From: Armatimonadota bacterium
GTDB taxonomy: Bacteria; Armatimonadota; Zipacnadia; Zipacnadales; UBA5352
Direction: 5' to 3'
DNA: 17,334 bases
Assembly (NCBI GenBank): GCA_034722055.1
Contig: JAYENL010000323.1
Location: forward strand, 1 to 17,334
Each line of letters starts with the position of its first letter. The first letter of the stretch is position 1. This document shows, in pieces, positions 16,648 through 17,334 of this stretch. The position numbers and the translations under genes are program-made. The notes below the pieces were generated by a model, which was given only the letters and a program-made list of their open reading frames with translations, ran no database searches and was not told where the DNA came from.

Positions 16648-17334
16648 GTGCCGGACAGCGACGACCGCCCCCAAGTGCTCATCGAGGAGTTCATGCCGGT
16701 CAAGGAGCTTGGCATTGAGTCCAAGCGCGAGAGCAGCACCGGTCATCACCCTCCGCCGAATCGATTGCATGTGTGGTGGGCCCGGCGCCCAATGACCGTG
16801 AGCCGGGCGGCGATTCTTGCCAGCATGCTTCCCGTCGATACCGATGCCAAGTGGTTCTTGAAGACGCTCGGGATCATGGGCGATCCAGTCTCGACGTATG
16901 CGCGGCTCCAACGGGCAAAGCGTAAGGGGGAGAGGGTCGAAAGCTATTCCTACGACAGAGCCTTTCAGTACACCCCGCCCCTGAGTGTGGTCGAGGAGGT
17001 GCGCGAGCGCATCGCCTCGCTATGGGGGCAGCAGGACATGGTCGTCCTCGACCCCATGGCCGGCGGGGGGAGCATCCCCTTCGAGGCCATGCGCTACGGG
17101 TTCGACACCTACGCGAACGAGCTGAATCCCGTGGCGGCGGTCATACTTGAGGCGACCCTTCGTTATCCCGCACAGTTTGGCCCCGGCCTCGCGAAGGACA
17201 TTCGGCGCTGGGCAAACGAGCTCCACGACCGGGTGCGCCCCCAACTCGCGGAGTTCTACCCGAAGCAGCCGGGTGAGGAGATCTTCGCCTACGTCTGGGC
17301 CCGCACTGTCAGGTGTCCCAACTGCGGGCTGATC
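16648..17334 (+). CDS. DUF1156-family DNA methyltransferase (5' part, runs off the window; absent from the ORF track)
   Basis: Translated by hand from GTG at 16648 (RBS GAGGAGGAG), open to the window end: MPDSDDRPQVLIEEFMPVKELGIESKRE...LHVWWARRP...VVLDPMAGGGSIPFEAMRYG...ANELNPVA...AYVWARTVRCPNCG. This gives the WWARRP signature, SAM-binding motif I and the start of a Zn ribbon. Confidence 0.92.
   Translation, partial: MPDSDDRPQVLIEEFMPVKELGIESKRESSTGHHPPPNRLHVWWARRPMTVSRAAILASMLPVDTDAKWFLKTLGIMGDPVSTYARLQRAKRKGERVESYSYDRAFQYTPPLSVVEEVRERIASLWGQQDMVVLDPMAGGGSIPFEAMRYGFDTYANELNPVAAVILEATLRYPAQFGPGLAKDIRRWANELHDRVRPQLAEFYPKQPGEEIFAYVWARTVRCPNCGLI

Larger units (their letters stand above)
15874..16648 (+). 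repeat. 11-bp direct repeat GAGGAGTAGCG at 15874-15884 and 16638-16648, bracketing the second MNT-HEPN pair
   Basis: Exact match. Each copy contains the HEPN stop codon and the RBS for the next gene. Confidence 0.6.

Noticed and set aside
1..17334. CRISPR array, tRNA/rRNA, IS transposase
   Set aside because: No regularly spaced repeats, cloverleaf/rRNA-like sequence or transposase motifs were noticed.

Overview
GC-rich bacterial accessory region that looks like a defence island; all credible genes are on the + strand. (1) 1-120 is the 5' end of a group II intron on the minus strand, inserted antisense into a tyrosine recombinase gene whose C-terminal half remains at 121-680. (2) 884-10437 is a tightly coupled operon I cannot match to a named system: a giant SIR2-TPR-PIN-PIN protein, a ~920-aa helical ORF that may be its frameshifted C-terminus, a ParA/MinD-like ATPase and an HD-domain protein. 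This is the best candidate for an undescribed system. (3) A degraded second copy of the integrase 3' half follows, then a small ankyrin ORF and a possible third short integrase-tail remnant. (4) 11693-end is a DUF499 ATPase / DUF3780-like / DUF1156 methyltransferase 'restriction-like' operon, truncated by the window end and interrupted by two tandem MNT-HEPN pairs. All family calls come from motif recognition by eye; no searches were run.
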